From Eubacteriales bacterium (lineage in GTDB: Bacteria > Bacillota > Clostridia > Oscillospirales > CAG-272): a DNA stretch of 64,000 nt. Below the pieces are notes generated by a model that saw nothing but the letters and a program-made list of their open reading frames with translations, was not told the origin of the DNA and did no database searches. Positions 39,257-50,081 of the stretch are shown here, one piece after another. Position 1 is the first letter of the stretch. Every line of letters begins with the position of its first letter. A program made the position numbers and the translations under genes. Location: NCBI GenBank assembly GCA_045543955.1, contig JAZPYB010000011.1, forward strand, positions 373 to 64,372, written 5' to 3'.

Positions 39257-40519
39257 ATGAAAAGAATTTTTTTCTTTTCTATCGTTTTTATTTTTCTTTT
39301 TACAATAGTAGCGTTTGCAAATGAAAAGATTTCTCCCGCTATTGATGTTATTGCAAATGAAAACAATATGGTAAAAAGTGGACTTTTAAGCGATGGAGAG
39401 CTACTCTTTGACACAAGTGATTTTGACGCAGCACTTGGAGCAAACGTAAAGGAAATTAAAATTAGCGCATTGCCATCATCTTCTAGTGGCAAATTGATGC
39501 TTGATAATTTATATGTTGTTGAAAATCAAGTTATTTATCGTGAGGACTTCTCTCTCTTGAAGTTTGTAAGTAAGGATTCATCTTCAACGGCAGTTTTCAA
39601 ATTCAAGCCAAATGGTTACAATTACGAAATTGAGTGCTCGCTGGTTTCTTTAAAAGATGTAAATCTTACCCCTGTTGCATCTAATGGTGTTGGCATCTCT
39701 GCATGGACAATGAAAAATGTTTCATGCTTCGGCACCATGCTAGGATATGATCCAGAAGGAGATGAGGTAAAATTTGAATTAGTTTCTCCTCCTGAAAAAG
39801 CATTGCTTACAATCTCAAATGCTAATACTGGAGATTTTGTATATACACCATATAAAAATGCTAAAGGCAAGGATGCGTTTTCTTATAGAGTCAGAGATTC
39901 TTATGGGAACTACTCTGAAATTTGCACCGTAAATATCAAAATCGAAAACGATGAGCCAACAATAACCTTTTCCGATGTTGATGATAAATACACATGTGCA
40001 GCGTCAATAGCATATGCAAACGGACTTATGGATGCAGTACAAAATAAAAATGGCTCATTTTCCTTTAACCCTGATGAAGAAATCACAAGAGAAGAATTTG
40101 TTGTATTGATAATGGAAGTGATGGGTGCTAAAGACGTGCCCGAACTAAAAAAGACACGATTTGCCGACGACGAAGAAATTTCACCTGAATATAAGGGATA
40201 TATTGAGAGCGCATTTTCTCTTGGGATTGTTAAAGGAACTGTTGAAAATGATGGTGTACATTTCAACCCCAAGGATCCGATTACATTATCAGATGCCGCA
40301 GTAATCATAAACAATATAATCGGTAAAAAAACAACCACGTCCCTGACCGTTTTTGCAGATAATGACGAAATTCCTGTTTGGGCAAGAGCTGATATTGAAG
40401 CTCTTTGCGAAGCTGGGATTTTAAAGAAAGAAAACGGAGAAATTTCTCCTAATGCGCCATTAACCAAGGTTCAAGTAGCACAAATTTTAATGTCTCTTTT
40501 GAAATACAAAGGTAAATAA
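39257..40519 (+). CDS. Secreted S-layer-homology (SLH) domain protein with a cadherin/Ig-like domain
   Basis: 420 aa with a signal peptide. DPEGDEVKFELVS...FSYRVRDSYGN module, then three SLH-like repeats (FSDVDD..., FADDEEIS..., FADNDEIP...). Confidence 0.75.
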   Translation: MKRIFFFSIVFIFLFTIVAFANEKISPAIDVIANENNMVKSGLLSDGELLFDTSDFDAALGANVKEIKISALPSSSSGKLMLDNLYVVENQVIYREDFSLLKFVSKDSSSTAVFKFKPNGYNYEIECSLVSLKDVNLTPVASNGVGISAWTMKNVSCFGTMLGYDPEGDEVKFELVSPPEKALLTISNANTGDFVYTPYKNAKGKDAFSYRVRDSYGNYSEICTVNIKIENDEPTITFSDVDDKYTCAASIAYANGLMDAVQNKNGSFSFNPDEEITREEFVVLIMEVMGAKDVPELKKTRFADDEEISPEYKGYIESAFSLGIVKGTVENDGVHFNPKDPITLSDAAVIINNIIGKKTTTSLTVFADNDEIPVWARADIEALCEAGILKKENGEISPNAPLTKVQVAQILMSLLKYKGK

Positions 40520-40522
40520 AGC

Positions 40523-40550
40523 AAAAAGCACCGCTATTACGGTGCTTTTT
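40523..40550. terminator. Bidirectional terminator between convergent genes
   Basis: A5-GCACCG-ctatta-CGGTGC-T5. Confidence 0.85.
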
Positions 40551-40551
40551 C

Positions 40552-42237
40552 TTATTTTATAGGTGCTTTGAATTCAATTTGAAACTCAGTCTTCCCCCTT
40601 GGCAGAACATAATCTAGTATATACACGTTATGCTGACGATTGCCGACATGTGCCACAACCTCTTTGGTAATGATATTGGGCAGTATACCATCCTTTTGTA
40701 TAAGTATAACATCTTCAATTTTTATAACATTATTTTCAACCTTTGGCTCAACTAATGAAACCAGTCTTTCAGTTACTTGAGACTCCTTTGTGAATATGAA
40801 GCTGTCTTTTAGTACAACAGAATAATCATCAAAAGCAAATGAGCGCTCTGCTCTTGGCATATAATCAAGAGCATATGCGGGGCTCATATCCATATATGCT
40901 GTTGAATTGCCATAATTATAGTTAACAATTACGTCATTTTGTCTATATTGACACTGTGGTACATTATCAATGATTGGCAAATTGTGAGCATAAGCGCTTG
41001 GATGGAAATATGTGTATCTTTTATCGCCATGATAGCCCTCAAGATAGGGTCCTGAGCCTATATCAGCAATGATTTGCTTATTGCCCCTTGCTAAAATAAA
41101 TGTACCAACATCTATATGATTATGACTTTCTCCATTGTTTCCACCCTTGCAAGCAAAGCCAAAGGACTTTGTGCGCTTTACTAAATATGCTGAATTCTCT
41201 GTTGTATATGTAACGTCAGTATTCATTTTATCAGTATAGTTATCTTCACTATAATACAGTACTGCACGCAAAAGGAAGTTAAAATGAGTATTGTTTTTAG
41301 AAACTATCGCTCTTTCTTTAGGCAACCTTTCTATTTCTTCGCCATAAATGTGTCGTAGCATACTTGGTAATCCGATTGCATAATATTCTTCCACACTGCA
41401 ATCTCCAAAGCTTACTATAACATCCTTAGTTAAAAATATTTTTTGAAGAAATTTTGCTATTTCCTTAACCTTTGGACGCTTAAACCAATCAACCTCTCCG
41501 TTTGTAAGCTCTTTTTCAAGCAGACCAAATGTAGTGAAAAAGCCAAAGCCGAATGCCCAGTAACCAGCACCCTCAACACACATACCATCATCCTTGTAGC
41601 TGTCTAAATAGCATTCCATTGATTTATGAAGTCGCTCTTGGTTTTGATAATAAAGCTCTGGAGCTTCATAAATCAAGACACTACCAACAGCACCTGTACA
41701 AACAGCTGTCCAGTTGTTGTCGTGGCTTTCCCAAAAGAATTTACGTGTCAAGTATGGTTCAATGGTTCTACGTCTTATTTCGTAAGTAATTCTATCTGTC
41801 AATAGCTTAGGGAAACGGTCTTTAAATAGATTTTTTATTTCCGCTAGAGCAAGAGAAGCTGAGCACGCAAATATATCTAAAAGACCGTAGTCAAAATCCT
41901 TTGGTGTTCTTTGATAATAATATTCAGTATAATGTCCAAGCGGAGCCCATGTGTACTCACCTAAATATGCCCAAATAATCTTTATTAAGTTGTTGTAATA
42001 CTCTTCGTTGTCAGGATAAATTAGCGACATTAATGCTGCTGATTGCAAATGGTCAAATTGTTTTCTCCAAAGACCTTTATCGTCATTGCCCAAAATATCC
42101 TCTGCGCTATGTGATCTTGGCTCCTCTTTAAATGACTCTTCATATAGCGCTTTTATCTCTTCTCTATGCCATTCGAATTCATCGCTTGTGCGTACTTTTT
42201 CCCAAAACGCTTTATCTTTTGCGAAATCCAACATCAT
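40552..42237 (-). CDS. Heparinase II/III-like family protein (no signal peptide)
   Basis: 561 aa. C-terminal region GESHNHIDVGTFIL is typical of heparinase II/III-like proteins. Confidence 0.45.
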   Translation of the reverse strand: MMLDFAKDKAFWEKVRTSDEFEWHREEIKALYEESFKEEPRSHSAEDILGNDDKGLWRKQFDHLQSAALMSLIYPDNEEYYNNLIKIIWAYLGEYTWAPLGHYTEYYYQRTPKDFDYGLLDIFACSASLALAEIKNLFKDRFPKLLTDRITYEIRRRTIEPYLTRKFFWESHDNNWTAVCTGAVGSVLIYEAPELYYQNQERLHKSMECYLDSYKDDGMCVEGAGYWAFGFGFFTTFGLLEKELTNGEVDWFKRPKVKEIAKFLQKIFLTKDVIVSFGDCSVEEYYAIGLPSMLRHIYGEEIERLPKERAIVSKNNTHFNFLLRAVLYYSEDNYTDKMNTDVTYTTENSAYLVKRTKSFGFACKGGNNGESHNHIDVGTFILARGNKQIIADIGSGPYLEGYHGDKRYTYFHPSAYAHNLPIIDNVPQCQYRQNDVIVNYNYGNSTAYMDMSPAYALDYMPRAERSFAFDDYSVVLKDSFIFTKESQVTERLVSLVEPKVENNVIKIEDVILIQKDGILPNIITKEVVAHVGNRQHNVYILDYVLPRGKTEFQIEFKAPIK

Positions 42238-42269
42238 AAAATCCCCTTAAGTGTGTCTGTTTTTTACTT

Positions 42270-44018
42270 TTATTTCACTTGCATTTCTTTAATTTTTTTC
42301 TCATCCGGAGTAACTATTGCGCTCCAATTCACATGGTAAATTACAAAACCAGGCTTTGCTCCTGCCGGCTTTTTTACATGCTTTGCTAAGGTGTAATCAA
42401 CCTCAATATTATTGCCCACACCCTTTGAATAGTATGCTGCTATTTCTGCAGCTTCTGTAAAGTCTTTTTCACCAGGCTCCTCTCCTGCACATTTCATTAA
42501 AACATGCGAGCCTGCAAGGTTCTTAATATGAAACCACCAGTCTGTTTTCTCTGCCAGTTTAGTGGTAATATAGTCGTTTTGCGTGTTATTTTTGCCACAA
42601 TACACGGTGTATCCACCACTTGTAACAAACCTTAACGGTTTGGGTGCATGTGCTTTTTGCGGACTATAATTCTTCATTTTTGATGCATATCCGCTTTGAT
42701 AGAGCTCATTTCTTATCTGTAAAAGATCACTCTCACCCTCAGCTTTTGTTAGTGCATCAAAAACAGTTGAGATATATTGAAGCTCATTTCTTGACAATTC
42801 AATTTGCTTTGCAAGTTCAACCTTGGCTTTTTTAAGTTTTGAATATTTTTTGTAATATTTTTGAGCATTTTGTTGTGGAGACATTTTTATATCAATTGGA
42901 ATTCTTATCATTGGCATATTGTCATCATAATAATTCACAACATCAACAAAATCCTTGCCTGTTTTAATAGCAAATAGATTGGCAGTAATGAGGTCAGCCA
43001 TTTGACGATATTCCTCCGCCTTTTTACACTCAAAAATTTCGTCCTCTTGTAGGGCAATTTTTTTAACTATTCTGTTTTCTGCATTGGTAAGAAGTCTAAA
43101 AATATCTCCTGATTTTTGACGTATTCTTTCATCGCTACCTTTTTTGGAATAATAAGCATCAACAAGTTGTGAAAAAGACGAATATTCAACGTTTTTATAT
43201 TCATTCCCAAAATATGTTAATGGTATATACGAAAACTCTTGCGGAATCTCGGCGTCATTTACGACCATATAAGGCTTAGCTTCTTTTTCTTTAATTTGTG
43301 CCATAATTTTAAAAAACACGCGACAGAGTGTGCGTTTTTCAACATTTTCAAGCACTGCATCAACATCTTTTGATATTAAATATGTAATCTCTCTTGCAGT
43401 AGAAATTGCAATTCCTTGGAAATTGGATGTTATGAACTTATCAACTCGCATTTGTGAAGATGCATTATCGTATGCTAAAAGAAATTCCTGTTCCGAGATT
43501 ACCATAGGATCTAATTTATCTTGCTTTGGTGGAAGCTCATATTTCATACCGACAAGAAGCTGCCTTTGAAGGCTCACAGAAAAATCTACTATCTTTAAAA
43601 TAGCAAGAATTTTCATATTTTGATCTGTCAAAATAATGTTTGAATATTTGCCCATTATTTCTGATATCAAATATTTTTTAGATTTGAAGCCCATTTCGTC
43701 ATAGGCTTCAAACTCTAATACCGCTACTCTTTCATACTCTAAAGTGTATGCACCTGTAAGCTTTCCGTTATTAAGATGCTTTCTTAATAACATACAAAGA
43801 TTTGGTGCTTTGGCAGGATTCTCCCAAGTTGCCTCTGTTATTGAAATCCTTGGATAATTCGAGCCTGCATTTATCAAAATTTTCGACTTTTTAGATGCGG
43901 AGTGAAGAAAAATAACAATCTCATCGTTTGATGGCTGATAAATCTTTTCAACTCTTGATTCTTTTAGTTCATCAATCTCTGCCATAACACATCTCAAAAG
44001 TCCTGCATCAAATGCCAT
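42270..44018 (-). CDS. rqcH: Ribosome quality control protein RqcH (NFACT / FbpA family)
   Basis: 582 aa. N-terminus MAFDAGLLRCVMAEIDEL...KIYQP. C-terminal DUF814-like region WFHIKNLAGSHV. Confidence 0.85.
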   Translation of the reverse strand: MAFDAGLLRCVMAEIDELKESRVEKIYQPSNDEIVIFLHSASKKSKILINAGSNYPRISITEATWENPAKAPNLCMLLRKHLNNGKLTGAYTLEYERVAVLEFEAYDEMGFKSKKYLISEIMGKYSNIILTDQNMKILAILKIVDFSVSLQRQLLVGMKYELPPKQDKLDPMVISEQEFLLAYDNASSQMRVDKFITSNFQGIAISTAREITYLISKDVDAVLENVEKRTLCRVFFKIMAQIKEKEAKPYMVVNDAEIPQEFSYIPLTYFGNEYKNVEYSSFSQLVDAYYSKKGSDERIRQKSGDIFRLLTNAENRIVKKIALQEDEIFECKKAEEYRQMADLITANLFAIKTGKDFVDVVNYYDDNMPMIRIPIDIKMSPQQNAQKYYKKYSKLKKAKVELAKQIELSRNELQYISTVFDALTKAEGESDLLQIRNELYQSGYASKMKNYSPQKAHAPKPLRFVTSGGYTVYCGKNNTQNDYITTKLAEKTDWWFHIKNLAGSHVLMKCAGEEPGEKDFTEAAEIAAYYSKGVGNNIEVDYTLAKHVKKPAGAKPGFVIYHVNWSAIVTPDEKKIKEMQVK

Positions 44019-44050
44019 TTTCTCTCCTCCTTAAACTATTTCTCTAATTC

Positions 44051-44079
44051 ATTTTACTATACTTTTTTTGTCAAGTCAA
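44051..44079 (-). promoter_or_regulatory. Sigma-A promoter for rqcH
   Basis: Minus strand reads TTGACT-17 nt-TAAAAT. Confidence 0.55.
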
Positions 44080-44108
44080 ATATTTTTTTATATTATTAAA
44101 AATAAATG

Positions 44109-44137
44109 TGGAAATCAGCTTTAGTTTGTGCTATAAT
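44109..44137 (+). promoter_or_regulatory. Extended -10 promoter for lon
   Basis: TGGAAA-17 nt-(TGc)TATAAT. Confidence 0.45.
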
Positions 44138-44201
44138 GTACGTTAGCGAAATATTGTTCTAATATTTTATAGACTAATTCCCAAACGCGAAAGGACACAA
44201 A

Positions 44202-46598
44202 ATGGCTATTACATACACAGAAAAATGTGAAAACTTGACTCTTCCACTAGTACCTTTAATGGGCGCTGTTTTTGCATTTCCTAATATATCTGTCACCGTT
44301 GATATTTCAAACCCAGTACTTAAAGCAGCTGTTGAGCATTCACAGAAAATAGGAACTCCTGTTTATTTAGTTACGCAAAAGAATCCTTTTATAGATAAGA
44401 TTGATATTGCATCCTTATATTCTGTTGGTACTATTGCAAAAATCAAACAAATCACTAAGCGCGGAGACAACACTACTCTTGCTACGTTTGAGGGTATTTG
44501 TCGTGCAGAGCACATCAATCTTTTTATGGCTGGAGGCTATTACTCTGCAGATATAGTTGTAAAGTCTCTTGAATATGATGACAAATATGAAGCAAAAAGC
44601 GAGGCGCTTTTGAGAGTGCTTCAAGACAAAGCTAAAGAGGCTGTTTCCCTTTTTGCATCACCATCAAAGGATTTGATGCTACAATTTAAAGCAGTTGATG
44701 ATATAGACTTCCTTTCGGATCTTTGTGGAGCCCTTATTCTCTCAAAGATTGAAGACAAATATGCTGTTTTGCACGAATATGATAAATTCAAAAGAACAGA
44801 GCTTGCTATTTCCTTAATGGACCAAGAAATAAAGATTATTAAGCTTGAGGGAGTTATTAAAAGAAAAACCAGCATTAAAATTGATGAAAATCAAAAGGAA
44901 TACTATCTACGCGAGCAATTAAAGGTTATTCAAAGTGAGCTTGGTAACGACACTCAAAGCGAGAGTGAGGAGCTTTACGACCAAATTATGTCTCGCCATT
45001 TCCCAAAAGACGTCGAAGATAAATTATTAAAGGAGCTTGTTAAGTTCAATAAAACTCCGTTTGGTTCTCCAGAATCAACGGTTTTGCGCAATTATTTAGA
45101 AATTTGCCTAGATATTCCTTTTGGAAAGTATTCTAACGATGAAACAAGCGTGAAAAATGCACGAAAAATACTGGAACGCGATCACTATGGTCTTGAGAAG
45201 GTCAAGGAGCGTATTTTAGAATTTATTGCAGTTAAGGAATTGAACCCTAATATTAAAAATCAAATTATATGTCTTGTTGGCCCTCCAGGCGTTGGTAAGA
45301 CATCTTTGTGCGCGTCTATTGCAAAGGCCTTGAAGCGCAAATATGTTCGTGTTTCCCTCGGTGGCATTCGTGACGAAGCAGAAATTCGTGGTCATAGAAA
45401 GACGTATATAGGCGCTATGCCTGGTAGAATTATAACCGCCCTATCTGAAGCAAAAACATCAAACCCTTTAATGGTACTTGATGAAATTGATAAAATGACA
45501 TCTGATATGCGAGGAGACCCTGCATCTGCTATGCTAGAGGTACTCGATGGCGAACAAAACAAGACATTCCGTGACCATTTTGTTGAAATGGATGTTGATC
45601 TATCTCACTGTATGTTTATAGCAACAGCAAACACGCTTGAGTCAATCCCTGCTCCATTAATTGACAGAATGGAAATTATTGAGTTGTCTTCCTATACAAG
45701 AACTGAAAAGTTCCATATAGCTAAAAACCACCTCATATCAAAGCAATTAAAGCGTCACGGAATGAATAAGCGAATGATTAAAATCAGCGATGATGCTATT
45801 TATAAAATCATAGATTCATACACTGCAGAAGCTGGCGTTCGTAATCTTGAAAGAGAGATTGCATCACTTTGCAGAAAAGCATCAAAGGCTATTATTGAGG
45901 AATCGAAAAAATCCGTTTCTATTACTGCTGATAACCTTTCAGAGTATCTTGGCACATATAAATTTGAGCCAGAAAAAATTGATGAAGAAAATCAAGTGGG
46001 TGTCGTTAATGGGATGGCTTATACATCTGTTGGCGGAGATTTATTAAAAATTGAAGCCTCTGTTATGAAGGGCAACGGCAAGCTTCAACTCACAGGTAAG
46101 CTTGGCGAGGTTATGAAGGAATCCTGCGAAATCGCTGTAAGCTTTATAAGAGAAAATGCTCAAAAGCTTGGGATTGACCCTGACTTTTATAAAGATAGTG
46201 ATATTCACATTCACGTTCCCGAAGGCGCGGTTCCCAAGGATGGCCCTAGCGCAGGTGTTACAATCACTACAGCTCTAGTAAGTGTTTTAACAGGTCGTGC
46301 TGTTAGACGTGATGTTGCAATGACTGGCGAAATTACACTAAGAGGCAAGGTTTTGCCAATTGGTGGATTAAAGGAAAAAACGCTTTCGGCTTATGCCGGT
46401 GGCGTAACTAATATAATAATTCCTAAGAAGAATGAAAAGGATTTACCTGACCTTGACAAAGAGGTTTTAGAAAATGTTAAATTCTTCCCTTGTGCAAGCA
46501 TTTTCGAGGTGCTTAATATTGCCTTGTCTGATGAAGAAATTATTGCCATAATAAGACACGTTGAGGAGCTTACAAAAAATGAAAGTAAATGTAAATAA
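44202..46598 (+). CDS. lon: ATP-dependent Lon protease (endopeptidase La)
   Basis: 798 aa. Walker A GPPGVGKTS and proteolytic Ser motif KDGPSAGVT. Confidence 0.97.
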   Translation: MAITYTEKCENLTLPLVPLMGAVFAFPNISVTVDISNPVLKAAVEHSQKIGTPVYLVTQKNPFIDKIDIASLYSVGTIAKIKQITKRGDNTTLATFEGICRAEHINLFMAGGYYSADIVVKSLEYDDKYEAKSEALLRVLQDKAKEAVSLFASPSKDLMLQFKAVDDIDFLSDLCGALILSKIEDKYAVLHEYDKFKRTELAISLMDQEIKIIKLEGVIKRKTSIKIDENQKEYYLREQLKVIQSELGNDTQSESEELYDQIMSRHFPKDVEDKLLKELVKFNKTPFGSPESTVLRNYLEICLDIPFGKYSNDETSVKNARKILERDHYGLEKVKERILEFIAVKELNPNIKNQIICLVGPPGVGKTSLCASIAKALKRKYVRVSLGGIRDEAEIRGHRKTYIGAMPGRIITALSEAKTSNPLMVLDEIDKMTSDMRGDPASAMLEVLDGEQNKTFRDHFVEMDVDLSHCMFIATANTLESIPAPLIDRMEIIELSSYTRTEKFHIAKNHLISKQLKRHGMNKRMIKISDDAIYKIIDSYTAEAGVRNLEREIASLCRKASKAIIEESKKSVSITADNLSEYLGTYKFEPEKIDEENQVGVVNGMAYTSVGGDLLKIEASVMKGNGKLQLTGKLGEVMKESCEIAVSFIRENAQKLGIDPDFYKDSDIHIHVPEGAVPKDGPSAGVTITTALVSVLTGRAVRRDVAMTGEITLRGKVLPIGGLKEKTLSAYAGGVTNIIIPKKNEKDLPDLDKEVLENVKFFPCASIFEVLNIALSDEEIIAIIRHVEELTKNESKCK

Positions 46599-47178
46599 TG
46601 TTTCATTAAAGATTAGCGCTGGCTTACCATCACAATTTGTGCGCTCCCCTATGCCACAAATCGCCTTTTCCGGCAGAAGCAATGTGGGAAAAAGCTCGCT
46701 AATTAACACTCTTTTAAACAGAAAGTCAATGGCAAGGGTTTCGTCTGCTCCTGGAAAAACAATTACTGTAAATTTTTATGATGTTGACAAAAAGCTTTTC
46801 CTTGTTGACCTTCCAGGTTATGGCTATGCTAAACGCACACAAGAGGACAAGAAAAAATGGTCCCTTCTAGTTGACGGTTACTTTACAAACAACCCCAACA
46901 TCGACCTTTTAAGACTTGTTGTACAGTTGGTTGATTCTAGAATCGGCTTAACTGAGGACGATAAAAATATGGTGTTATTTTTAAATGAAACAGGTATTCC
47001 ATATGTTATTGTTGCTACAAAAACAGATAAACTAAATAAAACAGAAAGAGAAAAAGCGGTTCGTACATTAGTTAGCGAACCTACTCTTGCCCCTGGCACT
47101 CAAATCATTCTCTTCTCCTCCGAAAGTAAAGAGGGAAAAAATGATGTTTGGGACACTATATTAAAATATGCAGAATAA
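46579..47178 (+). CDS. engB: Ribosome biogenesis GTPase YsxC/EngB
   Basis: About 199 aa from MKVNVNN. G1 GRSNVGKSS, G3 DLPGYG, G4 TKTDK. Downstream of lon, as in Bacillus. Confidence 0.9.
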   Translation: MKVNVNNVSLKISAGLPSQFVRSPMPQIAFSGRSNVGKSSLINTLLNRKSMARVSSAPGKTITVNFYDVDKKLFLVDLPGYGYAKRTQEDKKKWSLLVDGYFTNNPNIDLLRLVVQLVDSRIGLTEDDKNMVLFLNETGIPYVIVATKTDKLNKTEREKAVRTLVSEPTLAPGTQIILFSSESKEGKNDVWDTILKYAE

Positions 47179-47220
47179 TCGTTGATAATTGATATATTCT
47201 TTTAGAAAGGAGCACTCACT

Positions 47221-47943
47221 ATGTTTGGAGCATTTCTGCCGTCAATGGCTACTATACTTGATGAGATAATTGAGCTTTTGCTCAGATTTCCGATTGTCAT
47301 AGTTGCCCTTGTTGTACACGAGGTTGCGCACGGCTTTGTTGCGTATAAGTTAGGGGATCCTACGGCTAAATATATGGGACGTCTGTCTTTAAATCCGTTA
47401 AGACACTTAGATCCTATTGGAGCTATTTGTATGCTTCTTTTCCGCTTTGGCTGGGCAAAACCCGTTCCTATCAACCCAACTTATTTTAAAAATCCTAAGG
47501 TTGGTATGGCGCTTTCATCATTTGCAGGCCCTGCAGCAAACATCATTCTTTCATTCATTGGCTCTTTCTTCTATGTTTTATCAGTAAAACTGAGTAATTT
47601 AATTATAATAAACACGGGAATTCAAGGCTTATATACACCTCTTTCCTATGTTTGTCATTTCTTTGCTTTGTTTGCTATACTGAATTTATCACTAGCGATA
47701 TTCAATCTTATTCCCTTGCCTCCTCTTGATGGCTCTAGAATCCTTTCCATAGTATTGCCACAAAAGACTTACTTTGGAATGATGAGATATGAAAGACAAA
47801 TCGGCATCGGATTTATGATCGTTTTACTAGTTGATTCATATTTTCTTGGCGGATATATAACAGGTGCTTTATCATTTGTTGTAAGCTTTATTTTGAACAA
47901 TATGTTCATTCCGCTTTTTGATTTAATTCTATTCTTTATTTAA
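47221..47943 (+). CDS. Site-2 protease family (M50) membrane metalloprotease
   Basis: 240 aa. HEVAHGF (HExxH) and the NLIPLPPLDG motif. Confidence 0.8.
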   Translation: MFGAFLPSMATILDEIIELLLRFPIVIVALVVHEVAHGFVAYKLGDPTAKYMGRLSLNPLRHLDPIGAICMLLFRFGWAKPVPINPTYFKNPKVGMALSSFAGPAANIILSFIGSFFYVLSVKLSNLIIINTGIQGLYTPLSYVCHFFALFAILNLSLAIFNLIPLPPLDGSRILSIVLPQKTYFGMMRYERQIGIGFMIVLLVDSYFLGGYITGALSFVVSFILNNMFIPLFDLILFFI

Positions 47944-47952
47944 GGGGACAAA

Positions 47953-48735
47953 ATGGAACAAATTATTTATAAAATGGAGCTATTCGAGGGTCCCCTTGAT
48001 TTGCTGCTCAATCTAATTTCAAAAAATAAAATGAGCATTGAAGATATAAAAATATCTGTTATTTGCGACCAGTATATGGACTATATCAAAACAATGCAAT
48101 CACTTGATATAGAGCTCTCCTCTGAGTTTATTGTAATGGCTTCACAGCTCATGCTTATTAAAAGTAGAACCTTGTTGCCTCGTATGCAAGATGATGACGA
48201 GGAGGACCCAGCCGAGGAGCTTGCACGCGCGCTTTTAGAATACAAGCGTGCAAAGGAGGCATCTGAAAAATTAAGCGGAATGTACTCTACTTATAGCGGC
48301 AGATTTGAAAAGGACACGGACGAAATTCCAGCTGACCGCTCTTATGTTGCTGACCACAAGGTTGATCTTTTGTCAGCCGCGCTTGTGCGTATTATGAGCA
48401 ACATCGAGGTGAGTGATGAGGTCGCATCCGAAAAAATCAAACCACTTATTAGCACAAAAACCGTTTCAGTTGGAGAAAAGGTTTTCGCCGTATTGCGCAT
48501 TTTGATTGTTAATGGTGGACACGTAAATGTAATTGATTGCTTTGAGGGCATAAGAACTAAGCACGAGGCAGTTGCAACATTTATGGCAATATTAGAAATG
48601 TTGCGTGCCGGAAGAATTACTCTTGACGAAGAAATAATTAACGAAGGTAACGGAGTAATTAATTTGGAAAACAACGTATATATTAATCTATTTTCAGGCA
48701 AAATAAGACAAGCAAGTGAGGAAAACAATGGATAA
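47953..48735 (+). CDS. scpA: Segregation and condensation protein A
   Basis: 260 aa. N-terminus FEGPLDLLLNLISKNKMSIEDI. Confidence 0.9.
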   Translation: MEQIIYKMELFEGPLDLLLNLISKNKMSIEDIKISVICDQYMDYIKTMQSLDIELSSEFIVMASQLMLIKSRTLLPRMQDDDEEDPAEELARALLEYKRAKEASEKLSGMYSTYSGRFEKDTDEIPADRSYVADHKVDLLSAALVRIMSNIEVSDEVASEKIKPLISTKTVSVGEKVFAVLRILIVNGGHVNVIDCFEGIRTKHEAVATFMAILEMLRAGRITLDEEIINEGNGVINLENNVYINLFSGKIRQASEENNG

Positions 48736-49402
48736 GGACTTTAAGCTAGAAAGCAAGGATATTGAAAGCGCTATTGAAGCGATTTTGTTTGCAGCAGGAC
48801 ACCCTGTTAGTTATGCTACCCTTGGCGAGACACTTGACCTATTTGAATCACAGGTTAAAAAGAAGGTTGCTGCTTTTGCAGAAAAATATAATGCTGACAA
48901 ATCTAGAGGAATAATGCTTTTAGTTTTTAATGATTCTTGTCAGTTATGCACTAAAGAGCAATATATTCCCTTTATCAAGGAGGCTTTAGGCATTAGGAAA
49001 GGTGGAAACCTATCCGCTTCTTCTCTTGAGGTACTAGCGATTGTTGCTTATAATGAGCCAGTGACACGTGCCTTTATTGACACAGTACGAAAGGTTGATA
49101 GCGCATACGTAGTTGCCTCCTTGTGTGAAAAGAACCTAATTGAAGCTTGTGGCAGACTTGATGTGCCAGGCAGACCTAATCTTTATAGGACAACCCCTAC
49201 ATTTTTAAGATGCTTTGGAATAGAATCACTAGAGCAGCTTCCATACGTGGACCTTCCACGTTCTCCTGCCGAGGGTGAGATTATCCCTCTTGATATTGAA
49301 ATTCCCGAGATTGAGTCTCCAAATAAAGAAATTATAGATGAATTAATTGAAGAAAGTAAGGCTATTGACGAACTAACTGAAAAGCAAGCCCAAGCTGAGT
49401 AA
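48728..49402 (+). CDS. scpB: Segregation and condensation protein B
   Basis: About 224 aa from MDKDFK. Motifs IEAILFAAGHPVS and LEVLAIVAYNEPVTRAFID. 8-nt overlap with scpA. Confidence 0.9.
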   Translation: MDKDFKLESKDIESAIEAILFAAGHPVSYATLGETLDLFESQVKKKVAAFAEKYNADKSRGIMLLVFNDSCQLCTKEQYIPFIKEALGIRKGGNLSASSLEVLAIVAYNEPVTRAFIDTVRKVDSAYVVASLCEKNLIEACGRLDVPGRPNLYRTTPTFLRCFGIESLEQLPYVDLPRSPAEGEIIPLDIEIPEIESPNKEIIDELIEESKAIDELTEKQAQAE

Positions 49403-49487
49403 TTTCATATTTTTCTCCTACATATTTAAAGACAAAAACGCACACTGGGTTCCGTATTTTGCCTTAATATGATTTACAGGAGTGAAA

Positions 49488-50081
49488 ATGCAATCTTGGG
49501 TTTATTTAGTAATTGGAATCGCTTTTTTTCTAGTTTTAATCTCTTTTACACATGTTAATCTAGTTGTAATTTACAACAACGGATTAAAAGTTTATTATAG
49601 GGTGCTTTTTGTTAAAGTCAGAGTCTTTCCCTTTCCTTCCTCAAAAAAGAAAAAAACAAACGATGGTGGAGTATCGGAGATAAAAAAGACTTTTGACCAA
49701 ATCACACGATACAAAGAACTTACTAAAACAATATTTGGCTTTTATTTTCGAGCCTTACATTTTAAAGTGATAAATCTTGACATTTTAATATCATCAAAAG
49801 AGCCTTCTTCTACTGCCCTTTTATTTTCTTCTGTTATGCAGTTAGTTACTTATTTAGCTGAATATATACAAAAAAATACGAAATTAGAATTTTCAAAAGA
49901 AGCGATTGTGAGTGTAAAAGCAGACTTTTTAGGTAAAACCTCACATTTTAAATCTCACTTTGTTTTATACACATATTTAGGACCTCTTATGGCTGTTGGC
50001 ATTTTTGCATTTTTTAAAATGCTCATTTCTTTTATTTGGAGGCTTTTAAATGGAACAATCAAAGCAAAGCGAGCTAATTAA
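49488..50081 (+). CDS. DUF2953 / YtfI-like membrane protein
   Basis: 197 aa from an ATG 5 nt after AGGAG. N-terminal TM helix. Sits immediately before a YtfJ-like gene. Confidence 0.45.
   Translation: MQSWVYLVIGIAFFLVLISFTHVNLVVIYNNGLKVYYRVLFVKVRVFPFPSSKKKKTNDGGVSEIKKTFDQITRYKELTKTIFGFYFRALHFKVINLDILISSKEPSSTALLFSSVMQLVTYLAEYIQKNTKLEFSKEAIVSVKADFLGKTSHFKSHFVLYTYLGPLMAVGIFAFFKMLISFIWRLLNGTIKAKRAN

Noticed and set aside
44070-44085. GTCAAGTCAAA, which resembles a CtsR heptad repeat, upstream of lon
   Set aside because: The spacing does not fit A/GGTCAAA-NAN-A/GGTCAAA. The sequence is better explained as the -35 (TTGACT) of the divergent rqcH promoter on the other strand.
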